Positions 50,523 through 62,666 of a DNA stretch of 64,000 nucleotides are shown here, in pieces. The position numbers and the translations under genes are program-made. The notes beneath the pieces were generated by a model, which saw only the letters and a program-made list of their open reading frames with translations, was not told the DNA's origin and searched no databases. Within the stretch, counting starts at the first letter, position 1. Every line of letters begins with the position of its first letter. The DNA is from Lophium mytilinum. Its lineage: Eukaryota. The stretch covers positions 188,726-252,725 of the forward strand of contig MU004198.1 of the NCBI GenBank assembly GCA_010093605.1, read 5' to 3'.

Positions 50523-51376
50523 TTACGCAGCCGTCCGCCACCTCATCTCCCTCCCCACCTTCCCCTCCACCACCCCCCTCAAAAACTCCTGCCCATTCTC
50601 CACCTCCCCATCCACCTCCATCCCCTCCACACTCTTACAGCACGCATCCTCCGCAACCTCACACGCGCTCTCCCACGCCCCGAACTCGAAATCCCCCTCG
50701 CTCTCCGCTAGCAGCAGCGCGCGCCCCACCGAGAACGCAAACACATGCAGCGAGCTCACCTTCGCGCTCGCGCGCACGAGCTCAGCGGCCGTCGGCGCAC
50801 ACTTGATCTTCCCCGCGGCGGTGATGGCGACGAGAGTAGCGGAGAGGGTGGTGGAGAGTGGAATAGAGGCGGAGAGGAGGGCGAGGGTGGCGGTGGTGAG
50901 GAGAGGGGGAAGGACGGGGAGGGACTGCGGGTCGCGTTAGTATCGACATGCTTATTTGATTAGGATGCAGCGGTGTAGCAATACTGAAAACGAAAAACCG
51001 GATCCGTCGCCTACGCTGCTCTCCTCTTCAGGTAGGCTGGTGACTTGTAGCGTCACTTGGATCAGTGTTCGCGGGTGGGCGCGCGTGAGGATGATGTGGC
51101 GGAGGGTGCTTTGGATGAGGGATTCGAGGTGCCGCTCTCGCGGGCCTGGGGGGATTTAGTATTGTTAATTGAAGATATGTGTGTGGGATTTAATGTACCT
51201 CCAACACCAGCCGCCGGCCGCACATTTACTTCAATTGCTGCTTCCTCTGGTAGCTCGTCCCGTCGCGAGACCTCGACTGGTCCGTTGACGGCGCCGATGA
51301 CGCTGTAGCCGTTCGCTGAGTAGGTCGCCGAGCCGTCGGCTTGGTGAAGGGGGGAGAGGAGGGCTTGGGGTGCCAT
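50523..51376 (-). CDS. RRP46: RNA exosome RNase PH-like subunit Rrp46, 3 coding exons
   Basis: L.QADGSA.Y......AVNGP.EV.RRDE.PEEA.IEV.VRP, HPRTLIQVTLQ and LLAESEG.F. Confidence 0.85.
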
Positions 51377-51669
51377 TGTGAGGTTCAAGATATTAGATTA
51401 TGGAATGTCGAAGGAGCTTTGTAAATATCAAATAATCCCTGCACCGAAAACCGAAACTGAGGTTTGTTTTGCGGGGCTGGCTTCTCCGGCCGCCGTGCTT
51501 TTGCCGATCGCGCTGATGACGGACGGGAAGCTCCAACCGCGGCTTGCTGTGTTGTTGCTTTTGTCAGTTGGCGCTCTCATTCACTTCCTAACAACACGAC
51601 ATACGACATCTGCATAGCTCAGCTTATTTGGTTTGTTTGTTTATTTACCTACATAGCGGATACTCCCGT

Positions 51670-52349
51670 ATGGCCTCCACGAAACGCCTGCTCAAGGAGC
51701 TCCAAGACTATCAGAGGGATCCGAATGATGCGCTGACTGAGCTGGGGCCTGTGAGTGATGATGAGTTGATGCATTGGACTGCGGTTATGAAGGGGGTTAA
51801 TGGGAGTCCGTATGAAGGTGGGTTCTTGTTTTCCTGTTCCATGAGTGTACTCGTTTGGGGTAGAGAGCCAGCATTTGAGGAGGTTGAAATGGATAAATTC
51901 GATGAAGAGCTTCGGAGAGACCTTGGAGGCAGGGAAATTACATGTTGTTCAGACTAACATCCCCTCAACAGGCGGACGCTGGAAGCTAGACATTCGCGTT
52001 CCTTCAAACTACCCCCTCGCGCCGCCAGAGATCAAGTTCATCAACCGGATATGCCACCCGAATGTGAATTTCAAGGTGATTTCTCCTCCTCTCTACCTTA
52101 CCTTAACACCCAACTGACATCAGCGCGCAATAGACCGGCGAAATCTGCCTTGATCTCTTGAAGAACAACTGGTCTGCCATCTACACCCTCTCGGCCACCC
52201 TCACTGCTGTCCACCAACTCCTGACATCCGCGGAACCGGACTCCCCATTAAATATCGACATCGCGGCGCTCTTCCGACAAGGAGATATCGTTGGTGCAGA
52301 AGCTCTGATCCGATTCTACACGGAGAGTGAGAGGTGGGAGGGGCGGTAG
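51670..52349 (+). CDS. PEX4: ubiquitin-conjugating enzyme E2, peroxin-4 type; introns 51818-51971 and 52076-52133
   Basis: KRLLKEL, YPLAPP.IKF, active site HPNVNFKTGEICLDLL and PDSPLNIDIA.L.R.GD..GAE. Confidence 0.85.
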
Positions 52350-53263
52350 TCTAACACTCTCGGAAGAGACCGCCGAAAGGGCACTGAAGTGGAAAGACTA
52401 GGACATAATCTGGAATTGGGAGCAGTGGTTATACAGCAAGGCGCTTGGGATTGGTTATAGCTGAGTTGGTACCTCGTACATACGGAGTAGTAGTCTGCAG
52501 CTAGCGGACAATTCAATAAGACAAGGGTATCAATACTGAAGAACATGGGGAAAGCTACCGCCCACGCAGAACTAAGGCGCTATTGGTACTCGTCCCCGCT
52601 GTCATGCGATCGCTGGCTCACACGCGACGTATAGTAGAGCGCCTTATACTCAGTACGAACAGGGTGAATCGTTCACTAATGCTATCACAATCCATGAGAA
52701 CACCCACCCCAATGCACCCCGATGCAGCACCCATCCAATTCCCCCACCACAAAGCCCGCCGCTTACTCAATCGCCGCCCCCTCGCAAACCCTTTCCCGCC
52801 GTGGGCAAACGCACACCTGCAAGTGATTATCGCCTTGGTCCTGCTGGCCTGCAGGCCCCTCCACCACTCAGCTCGCCCGCCGCCCGCCACGCGCGCTGCC
52901 GTCACCGGGCGCCCCGACAATAACAATAAAAAAGATGTAACCCAAATCACCACGAATCCTACACGTACAAAACCCAAGATCAAGACCTAAGACGCGGACC
53001 CCCGGATCCCGAACCAAACGTACACCTGCCCTATTCCCAAACCCCTTCCCGAGTCCACATGACCAACCTTCATTTCACTGGAGAGTTCTCCGCAGCTCGC
53101 CGCCCGCGGGTCCAAGGCCTAGAAGCCTCGGAGGGCAGCGGTTGAGCGCGCCGAGTCTGCGCGGATTGGGAGCTGCGGCAGGGTTCTTTCTCTCTTTCGC
53201 GGCCCCTCTCTCGCTCTTTTTTTCTTTTTGCTTGCAGCGTGCGTGCTAGGGACAGCTTGCGCT

Positions 53264-53824
53264 TCAGCCAGCCCCGCCGACGACCCAGTGGTTGCGGCGC
53301 CAGCCGCGGGTGGCGCCCGTGCTGGCGGTCGTGATGGTGCCATGGAGCACTGCGTGTCGTGGAGGGATGCTGTTCGTCGAGACGCGGCGCGTGTATGACA
53401 GCGTGGTCGTCTCTGCGTGCAGCGGCGAGGTGGGGGAGGGGTCCGGGTAGGAGTGGCGCCGCAGGGTGGGAGCTGGGTACAGCCGGGGGTCATATGGGCC
53501 TGGGAGAGGCTGGGGCGGGGAGGTCCATGGGTAGATGGGGTTGAAGGTGACTGTTGGTTGTGACGGTGGTGGTGATGCAGTTGGTGGTGGGGCGGGGTGT
53601 TTTTCTGGTGGTGGCGTCGGGGTGATTCTAGCTTTTCTTCTTTTTCTTTGGAGATGTTGCAGTACTGCCCATCTTATACAACCTAGGAAGACGGTGACGA
53701 GGACGAGTGCCGCTGGTATGGCGAAATAGCTTGCGGCTACAGTGTGCAATGCGCCGGAGAGACTCGGGAGGGTGGAGGTGGGCCGGCGGGATGCGCCAGC
53801 TTCAAGACGTCGAGGAGGAGGCAT
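53264..53824 (-). CDS. hypothetical single-TM, proline-rich protein
   Basis: 186-aa ORF with one hydrophobic helix followed by a basic patch, PW..PPQPLPGPYD and C-terminal GWRR.HW.V. An upstream intron-like GTGAGT..TTGAC..CAG lies at about 53913-53961. Confidence 0.65.
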   Translation of the reverse strand: MPPPRRLEAGASRRPTSTLPSLSGALHTVAASYFAIPAALVLVTVFLGCIRWAVLQHLQRKRRKARITPTPPPEKHPAPPPTASPPPSQPTVTFNPIYPWTSPPQPLPGPYDPRLYPAPTLRRHSYPDPSPTSPLHAETTTLSYTRRVSTNSIPPRHAVLHGTITTASTGATRGWRRNHWVVGGAG

Positions 53825-55548
53825 GAGGAAGTTCGAGAGAGAAGTGAATTGGGTTCGAGACTGATCTGCTCTGCATATGTTTGCAGACGGGAGGGGGCGT
53901 CGAGGCAGAAGTCTGTCAACCAGTCAACCAAGCATCCCGCTTTCAGCTCTACCAGAACTCACCAGGAACGCCGGGAGAACCGTTTATGGTCAGCGCTAGG
54001 GGAGTAATGCTCCGGAGGCCTGTCAGCAGAGTCCCAGGCCTTGAGCGTGGGTTAGTACAAGGATGCAAATAGGGCAGGATTGAGGTGCTTCAGGTCACTA
54101 TTCTACGATACCACAGAGGCTGATGCCCCCAGATACTTAAGCAGCGCATGGCTCGCGGTGGCCACAGGCGCGCTGCAGAGATCGAGGGCGGCCTTTGGTG
54201 GGGAAATGGCAATGAGACAGGCGGCCGTCCAGCTGCCCTCTGTCGCGAGGTGTGCGACTCCAAGGTCGCAGAATGAATAACCTGCTGGATCGGCCGTGAT
54301 GCTCAGCTAGGGTCGTCGCGCCTCGCAATGGCCTAGCATGGTTTAAGCCGGTAGGCCAGGCCCAAGGGGGCTACTTGCAGCAGGCCAAAGGGATGGGGCT
54401 TCGCGGTGGTGTGCGTCGTCTGGGGACCTTTCAGCTGTGATGGAACGACGAGGCGTTGGACGGGCGTCGAGAGAGCAGCCAAGACGAGCCCATCGAGCAT
54501 TTCTCCCGAGATCCGAGAACGATCGTCTTGATGCGCGCGAGTCTGCCGCCACAGTCCCGTAGTCTCTGCGATCATGCTTTGCCTTCAATATCGCGGCTTG
54601 CTCCGTGACGGCGAAGACTGTCCGCTCTTCAGCTGTCATCGCGGCGCCCCAGCGCTTGAGATGCCGCTAGAGTCGTGTTACTGCTCCACTTCCTGGCGAT
54701 GTCCAGGGACGCCTGTGAAGCACATCGCAGCCACCGGGGTCAGGATCCTGCTGAACCTGCCCCAATGAGGCTTCCGGGCTGCAATAGGGACCTTCTGTTG
54801 CTGCTCAAGCAAGGGAGGGGCGCGGATGCTCCTTAATTGCCACAGCCAGTCAAGCACCGCGGTCAGGGGGTGCGTGAAATTCCCCCGACTTCACTGCACT
54901 CTTCTGACCATCACATTTGACGATAGAGCGAGTGAAGGGCATCGCTCAGATACGGAGGTACTCCGGACTGCTGGCCAGGAAGCGAGAGTATCAATGGCGT
55001 TTCCCCATTGACTGATAGCAGCGTCGGCTCGTCACTCAGCGTACGCCACAAGGACGCCGTTGACTGAGATACAGACTAGTAAGCGAGTGCAAGAATAGCA
55101 TCGAGGCACGAGATCTTCACATTCTATTTGTGCTGGCGGTCAAGACTGTCCATCCATGTTATGTTTCGTGGATGATGTTCAGTGTTACGGGCGATATCAC
55201 GTGATCTATGGCCTTGCCATCAGTGAGCAGTATTCGATCGATCCCAACCGCTTTCTGTCCGCAGGCTGAAGCATGTTTTTACTGTATATCCAGCCTTGTG
55301 AATTAGCGCAATCGGGATAGGCTTGAGGCTTAAGTCGAGAATTTTGTTTGATGCTGCATATGGCGTGCCCTTCTGTGGCGGAATCTAGAACTCTGCCCCG
55401 GACAACTTTAACATCTAATTAGTTTCTACCTTTGCAAACGTCTCTATTTATTACTCCAATCTTCTCTTTAAGACTGAGGAACAGCGACCGAATACTATTC
55501 AAGACCCTCTACAAGCAAAAGTGGGATGGCGGTTACAATCCTTAGCTA

Positions 55549-58496
55549 GAAGGCGCTCCGAGCTCGTGCAACGCATAGGCTCGTGCACTAAACTAAGCGC
55601 CACTACTACTATCTTTAAAAATTTATAACTCTATTAAAAATTATCTAATTTACTTAGAAAATAGCTTAAATTAATAAGGCTATTTAGAAGGCTATTACTA
55701 CTAAAGAAAAAGAGGTAGCTACTATTACTTAGAAGTATAAAATCTATTCTTTAATACTCTTATAGTACTACTATAGTATTACTTATTCTAAAGAGAAAGG
55801 CTATAATACTTAAAAGATACTTAATACTAGATAGTTAGCTTTACTTCTAGCCTATATAAGCTATCTTTTAGCTAAAGAAATACCCTCTATATATAAAGTA
55901 CTATAAAAATTAGCCTATAAAATTATAGAAAAAATACTAGAAAAGTACTAGCTAAATAGCTAGTATAAGAATAGTAAAGATTAGCTAGATATAGGCTATT
56001 TAAAGCTAATTAATTCTATCTAGAAGAAGGCTAATTTAAAATACTACTATAAGCTCTACTTTAAGCTTTTAAGCGCTAAAATTAAAAAGTATAGTATTAA
56101 GCCTTAAAATCTATATAATATAAATAAAAAGGGCTTTTTAATTAGCTACCTATTTAAATAGCTTAGAATCTTTACTAAGAGTAATAAGCTACTTAAGAAT
56201 ATTATATAGAATAGAAATAGAGAGTAGATTATAGTAGTAGTAGCTATCTATACTAATAGAATAGCACTCTTACCTACTTTTATATATTAAGCTATTTCTA
56301 GTAATATTTAGAATATATAGCTTTAAAATTTTAACCCTAAAAAGTACTTCTACTTCTTTAAATTATTATCTTTTAGTTAAACCTCTTATAAGATAGGCCT
56401 TAGCTAGCTTACTACTATTTTTAATAGAGAAATAAAGGTAAAAGCGCGCTAAGAAAGAAACTAGTAGCTACTAATTATTAATAGGTATAGTTTATATATA
56501 ATAGCTAGCTTTATTAAGTACTATATTAAGTATAGAATTCTTTTCTTTATCTTTCTATCTTATTTAATATACTCTCTATAGCTATTAAATATCTCTCTCT
56601 TTATTCCTCTTACTATATATTATAATTAGTAATTAAACTACTTTAACCTTTAAAATAAGGGCTATACTTATTTTAGGGGGCTAGTACTAGTACCCCCCCT
56701 AATTAGTATAAGTATACCCCCTTTTTAGTACGTATATACCCTCTATCTTATCTAATCTTCTAATTAGCCCGGAGGGGTCCTCTAAGGCCTCTAATTTACT
56801 TACTTAACTTACCTATAATTTTTAAATACTTTTACTAAGTACAGCGTGCCTATAATCTATTATATTCTTATTCTTATAATAGCGCTAATTCTAAGCCTTA
56901 GCTAGCTCCTTAGCCTTAGCTAGCTTCTTAGCCTTAGATAGCGCCTGCGCTGCTTTCTATTAAGAAGCTCTAATATTAGATAGTATTATCTAATTAGTAT
57001 ATAGAGGGGTTAATAGATTAAAATAGCTAGAAAGACGCGGCAGTAATATAGGGGGGCTAGGTTTAATATAGAGAGGCTATAATAAGGTAAGAATTTAACT
57101 ATTTTAATATACTTATAGATATATAGATATATAGATAGTAATATAATAGCCTATATATACTATAGAAAATAGAAAGTATATATAGTAAAATAGGTATACT
57201 ATATAGCCTTACTATAAGTAGCCTTATATATAGCCTTATATATAGCTTATATATATAGCCTTATCTATAGTCTTATTTATAGCTTTATCTATAGCCTTAT
57301 ATATAGCTAAGTATAGGCTATTAGAAATAGTAAGAATATATAATAAAATAGAAAGGCTATATAGCCTTACTATAAAGCGCTAGAGTAGTATTCTAAGCCC
57401 TCCGGGCTAATTAGAAGGCTAGATAAGATAGGGGGTATACGCGTACTAAAAAGGGGGTATACTTATACTAATTAGGGGGGGTACTAGTACTAGCCCCCTT
57501 ATTTTATAAAAAGAAACTTCTTTAAACTCTTTTAGGTAGCCTAGGCGCTTATAATAATACTAGAGAATATAGCCTTAGACTTTAAAAAGACTAGAATTTA
57601 CCTCTTAGATTCTAAGGTTATTTTAGAGAAGTTATAAAGAGAAAAAAGTATAGTTATCTAGAAGGAACTTTCTACTACTAATTTAGCTATAGAAATATTT
57701 AAGAAAGCTAAGAAGAGAATTTAGAGAGAGTAACTAAGCTAGAATAACTATATATTTATATATTATATAAATAAGATTAAGACTAAGCTTATATTTATAA
57801 AGCTTATAAATAAAAGGCTTTATAAGTATATAAAGAAGAAGAAAAGAAAAAGAATATAGTAATAGCCTCTTTTTAAGAAGCTTGCGCTTTAAAAATATAG
57901 ATTTACTATAATCTATAGCCTTAATAAGGTAAAATAAGTATATAAGCTTTATAAAAAAGAAGAAAAAAAGAAGAAATAGATTTTTAATACTAAAGAAAAT
58001 ATAAAACTTTAAAAAGCTATATATAAAGAGAAATAATAGGTATTAACTTAGTAATAGGCCTCTTAATATTATTAAGAGAAGAATATTTATAATAAACTAG
58101 TATATAATAGAAAAAGAGCTAAAGAGATATTAAATAAAGTAGCTAGAGCTATAAAGCTAGCTAATTAGTAGCTTTTTAGTAAAAGTAGAGCTTATAAGCT
58201 ATATATACTAAAAAAAAGGGCTTTAAAAATATAGTATATTATTATAATAGATAATAAGAAGAAAATTAATATACTAGAGGCCTTAGGCTAGCTATAGAGA
58301 ACTAGAAAGCTCTTTAAGTATCTAGAGAGTTATATAGTTATAATAGAGTAAAAAAGTAAATTTAATTATCTTAACTCTATACTTATAGAGTTATATAGAA
58401 AGTCTTATTATAGTAGAAAACCTTATTTTTCTATTATACGTAATTTCTAGTAATGCGTGCACGAGCCTATGCGTTGCACGAGCTCGGAGCGCCTTC
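55549..58496 (+). mobile_element. RIP-inactivated pogo/Fot1 (Tc1/mariner) transposon
   Basis: Perfect 40-bp TIRs at 55549-55588 and 58457-58496, flanked by TA. De-RIP motifs YNMDEKGF (~56110), LLIVDGH.SH (~56470), PPHSTH.LQPLD (~56555-56590) and F.KTGI.P (~57580). Confidence 0.93.
56676..57498. mobile_element. nested non-autonomous long-TIR element (MITE-like; MULE or Merlin type), 823 bp
   Basis: TIRs of about 100 bp starting GGGGGCTAGTACTAGTACCCCCC. TTATTTTA duplicated at 56668-56675 and 57499-57506. Removing it restores the pogo transposase frame. Confidence 0.88.
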
Positions 58497-59070
58497 TAGC
58501 CCCAGAGGTTCAGAGGAGCTAGCAGCGCCGATCATCAGCGCAGCCTCGATCAGATATCACAAACGAGGCCTCTTCCAGGTCGCTTGTATTCCTGGACTCT
58601 ACATATTCAGTCAGCCAGAACCAGCCTGCACGGTGTAGTCACATTCTTGCAGCTTGCAGAGCGCACAGCGTTCTCCGCCCCGCTCCGTTACTCATCCCTT
58701 GTCCGCACAACAGCCTTTGCGTATACAAACTTATCTAGGCACAGCTGTGTTCCGTTGGGGCGAGGGACGAGGTTCCGAACACGCATGAAGACTGCAACTC
58801 CATCGGGCTTCCTGCATGCACAGCCACGACAGCTAGCTTTCAAGCGTCCAATGCCACACGACGGAATTCTGCTGCCTAGCATCCGCGGTGCTACCAAACA
58901 TCATCTTTTATCCTCACACGATATCACCATTCACCCTCATTTTCAACGTGCATTCACTCTTCCACCTTCACCGGTGTCGTTTTCTAGCATACCACTCTGC
59001 ACAGCCGTCCTCAGTCTGCCTTACAATTCTTGCCCTGTTCTAGAGCGTGTCGACTGATGTGGTTGGAGCG

Positions 59071-59739
59071 ATGCAGTCCGAGTCCCCATTTCTAACTCTG
59101 CCAGCAGAGCTACGCCTCATAATTTACGAGTTCCTTTTCTACGGGGCACATTTGAGAGCTCCACGCCCGAGCCGCGGCTTGGCCCTCCTCCTCACATGCA
59201 CAGAAATACACGCAGAAGCTTCCCGATCTGAAGCATCAAGCCGCGCCTTGGCCCTCCTCCTCACGTGCAAGCAAGTCCACACAGAGGCCTCCAAACTTGC
59301 CTTCTCACTCACAAACTTCATTCTACCCGCGAAAGTCGTCCGCGAGCTCAATCACTATCTCGATACTCTGCCGCGAGCACTTATTGCGAGTATACGACAT
59401 GTCACTGTGGAAGGACATGTCTGGGTTACTTTGCTCAAGACCTGGGATCCAAAGATACTCACGCTCGAGACGCTCACAGCGACGACGTTCCGAGGGGGCC
59501 TCACAGAGAGACAGAAACATCGGTCAGAGTATTTGAATGACCAGCTCCGAAGGAGTCTGTTCTCCGGTGTGCTGGGTAGGAGTAAAGCTGTTGGAAAAGT
59601 CATCATTTCGAATACTGGGCACTATCCTGCCTCTTGGTTCTTGAAGAGTTTCTCCATGCACGAATATGACGGGTGGCACAAGGAGGCTTTTGATGGGGAG
59701 ATAGGCAGACTTGAGTTTACTCGAATCGGACCGCCATAG
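59071..59739 (+). CDS. hypothetical protein with an N-terminal F-box-like motif; start uncertain
   Basis: SPFLTLPAELRLIIYEFL followed by LLLTC.QVH.EA. Confidence 0.7.
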   Translation: MQSESPFLTLPAELRLIIYEFLFYGAHLRAPRPSRGLALLLTCTEIHAEASRSEASSRALALLLTCKQVHTEASKLAFSLTNFILPAKVVRELNHYLDTLPRALIASIRHVTVEGHVWVTLLKTWDPKILTLETLTATTFRGGLTERQKHRSEYLNDQLRRSLFSGVLGRSKAVGKVIISNTGHYPASWFLKSFSMHEYDGWHKEAFDGEIGRLEFTRIGPP

Positions 59740-59809
59740 TATCGTCTGCTTTTTAGAACGTGTTGGGTACATCTTTGAAGTATGCAGCAATCAATATCAC
59801 CATTCCACT

Positions 59810-60439
59810 TCAACAATTACCAAGCCGAGTGAGCGTCACATAGCAACAGTGACTACGACAACCATACCTCTCCTCCACAACCGCAAACCTACCCGTGATA
59901 ACCCACTGCCGCCACCCAAACCTCGCGGCAGGCGGCTTCCCAACCACCCCCCGCTTCACATACGGCTTCAGCTTCTTCCAAACATCGCAGCGACTCACAG
60001 GCTTCTTCGCCTCCAGCATCTGATTCAGCTGCGGTAACTCTTCCACAAACCTCCCGGTACCACCGCAATCGCACACCAACGTGAGCGATCTGAGATTCAA
60101 TGCCTCGAGACCAAACATCCACGGCTTCGCGAGAATATCTATCGGGTCTAGGTGCAGATCGTTGACAGGGTTGCGGAGGATCACATGTTGGACTAGCGGC
60201 ATGTGCGGTGGGTGGATGCGGAGGCCGGCGATGAAGCCCATGGCGACTTTGAAGGTGAAGATTTGGTCGTGCCAGGCTCGGAGGAGGGCGGGGCGGGCTT
60301 CGGCGTGGATTTGGCGGCAGGTGAGGAATGGCTGTGTTCGTTGGGCCCATTCGAGGGGTGGGTTTTGGGGGGAGAGTACAAGGTCGTAAATGTCAAGTCG
60401 GATTTCTGTTGGGAGGAGGAGGAAGTGCGAGTGCGCCAT
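59810..60439 (-). CDS. hypothetical protein with an N-terminal F-box-like motif
   Basis: SHFLLLPTEIRLDIYDLVL followed by FLTCRQIHAEA. Confidence 0.7.
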   Translation of the reverse strand: MAHSHFLLLPTEIRLDIYDLVLSPQNPPLEWAQRTQPFLTCRQIHAEARPALLRAWHDQIFTFKVAMGFIAGLRIHPPHMPLVQHVILRNPVNDLHLDPIDILAKPWMFGLEALNLRSLTLVCDCGGTGRFVEELPQLNQMLEAKKPVSRCDVWKKLKPYVKRGVVGKPPAARFGWRQWVITGRFAVVEERYGCRSHCCYVTLTRLGNC

Positions 60440-61656
60440 GATGGAGCGCTGGTCTCGGTGGTGCTTAGTTGTTACTAAGTCTATGTGGCGGATAGATGCT
60501 CTATGGCGGGGAGTCGTGGTGAGAGAATTTGGTGTTGAGGGGCTGAGTGTACGAATGTGGTTGGGAACACGCTGGATGGAGCCTAGCTTACATTGCACAT
60601 CTTCCCGATTCAGCTGTATTATAAATTATCCGCATATTTTACCATGACATTCCAACGCAATACAGATGCTATTCAAGACAACTGTGTGACTACATGCATT
60701 TCACTGCTTTCGATGTTTCTTCGACCGTAGGCTCGCTTACTGTGAAGACCGTTAGTTGACACAGGACCCTTGTAACCCTTGAAGACGCCTTGTGGATCAC
60801 GATTCTTGAAAGTGGTGTTTGAGATCCTTTCTTCTAGTACTCAGCGGTTCCTATCGGACAAGGTACCATTTATTGTTGAAAGCAGAATTGAGATGGAAAA
60901 GCATGGTGTATTGTTTGTGCTGATAAGAAGCGCAAACTTTGTGGCATGCCCATTACGTGATATAATTTCCCTTTTAAAAGGGGAGATGGAGCATCTCGTA
61001 CTCTTCTCTACCCTCACGAAACCTCTCAGATCATTGGCGACTACACTCGCTGCCCGGAAGCAAAGACGCTTGCGTACGAGTTCCCTGTCTCTTACAATCA
61101 TGACTGCAACTATTCTACTTAACCGTCAACTACCAGTTTCGACACGTTGTCACTCGGGAATCCTCAAACATAGGCAGAGCAGGTCTATGTTCTGATCTGC
61201 CGACATGTGGCTCTTCTCTTCTAGCAGAAGGCAACTATTACACGTTGATGTATGAATGTAATCCCAGTGCCTCGGCATTCTTAGCTTCCAACCACTACAA
61301 GGATTCCAGTGTGAGTTGCGGGGATCCTTCCACCCCGCATTTAAACTCCATACGCCTTTCATTTGGTTTGAACAAGGTGGTGAGTCGTCTTTTGCTGACT
61401 TGTGAGCCCCCTCAGGAGACCAAGTTGTCCTTCTCACACAAATACCTCCATTCTAATGTCCCTTGTGGCAGATCAGTCATAAACCACCCTCACTTCAAAG
61501 TCATCCATCTCCGCTCTTAAGAGCATAAGTTTATGAAGTTCCTCATATTGTAATTTACGTCTAGATCATTTACCATAGTATGTTATTTTCATTTCATCAT
61601 CTATTCGTTCGTCGCGAAGGTATGGTGTAACTTACCTCTACCTCCTATGACCAAGC

Positions 61657-62226
61657 ATGACCTCCTTCTTCGATGAAAGAGCTCTCGGCTATCTTAGCTC
61701 TATACCATGGTGTAACGCCTTACTTGAAGATCCTGCCTACGTCGTCCTGCGAGGTTTTCCACCTCGGACTCCGTCAAGAGGAACGACATGCCATACTCTC
61801 ACCAGAGACACTTTAAACACACGCACAACCATGCCGGCCGTCGTATCGCTCTATAAAAAACCACTAGAAGGCAATTTCATTGCCGAAGCTACTGTTCTCG
61901 TCGCTCTCGGCTCTGATGTGAATGGGCATGCGGACACTGCGCATGGAGGACTCGTTGCGACTATAATGGACGAATGCGCAGGGCTGATTCAACGTCTATC
62001 CCAAACCATAGGAGGCGATGCGAGATGCCCAATCTATACTGCCTATTTGAATGTTCGGTTCAAGCAACCAGTAAAGACGCCAGGCGTAGTGGCCGTAGAC
62101 TCAAAGATCGTGTCAATGGAAGGGCGTAAGAAAAAGGTCCTCGTTCAAATGAAGGATCAGGGGAGGTCAGTCCTCGCTGAAGCAGAGGCTCTCTTTGTGA
62201 GGAGCAAGGAAGTCGCAAAGATGTAA
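61657..62226 (+). CDS. PaaI/THEM4-like hotdog thioesterase, possible PTS1
   Basis: NGH..TAHGG.VATIMDE and TAYLNVRFK.PV.TP. The protein ends AKM. Confidence 0.9.
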   Translation: MTSFFDERALGYLSSIPWCNALLEDPAYVVLRGFPPRTPSRGTTCHTLTRDTLNTRTTMPAVVSLYKKPLEGNFIAEATVLVALGSDVNGHADTAHGGLVATIMDECAGLIQRLSQTIGGDARCPIYTAYLNVRFKQPVKTPGVVAVDSKIVSMEGRKKKVLVQMKDQGRSVLAEAEALFVRSKEVAKM

Positions 62227-62666
62227 TCACAGAGCTCGCATGATTATGGACTATGCCTCTTACATTAAAACGGAATCTTTAACGGCGGAAGTTGTGGATC
62301 TGTACAACCTCTTCAGACGATCTATACATCATAAAGGAATTTGTGCGTATGGCAAGCTAGTATGGTGCTCTATATACTTGCGGATTACTGACGGCTTTTA
62401 TACGCCTCAGTAGTCTCTTTTCCGTTGAAGTCAGATAATTCTTACCAGACGGATGCATCAAGTTAGCGAACGTTTACCCCACAAACCATGACGAGAACCC
62501 GCCTTCGTGCGTTTGTATGCAATGAAGAGCTGTCCCAATAGCTTGTTTCCGGGGAAGAGGGGTATCATGCGGGGAAGCCTAGTCTTCCCACATCCGTGAA
62601 CAGTAACATCGATATCTTATATACATCTAATCTCAACAAAGCTCTCTCCTCAGATTGTAAGCCAGG

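Noticed and set aside
58453..59057. ORFs starting in or next to the right pogo TIR
   Set aside because: No recognisable domains; probably chance ORFs.
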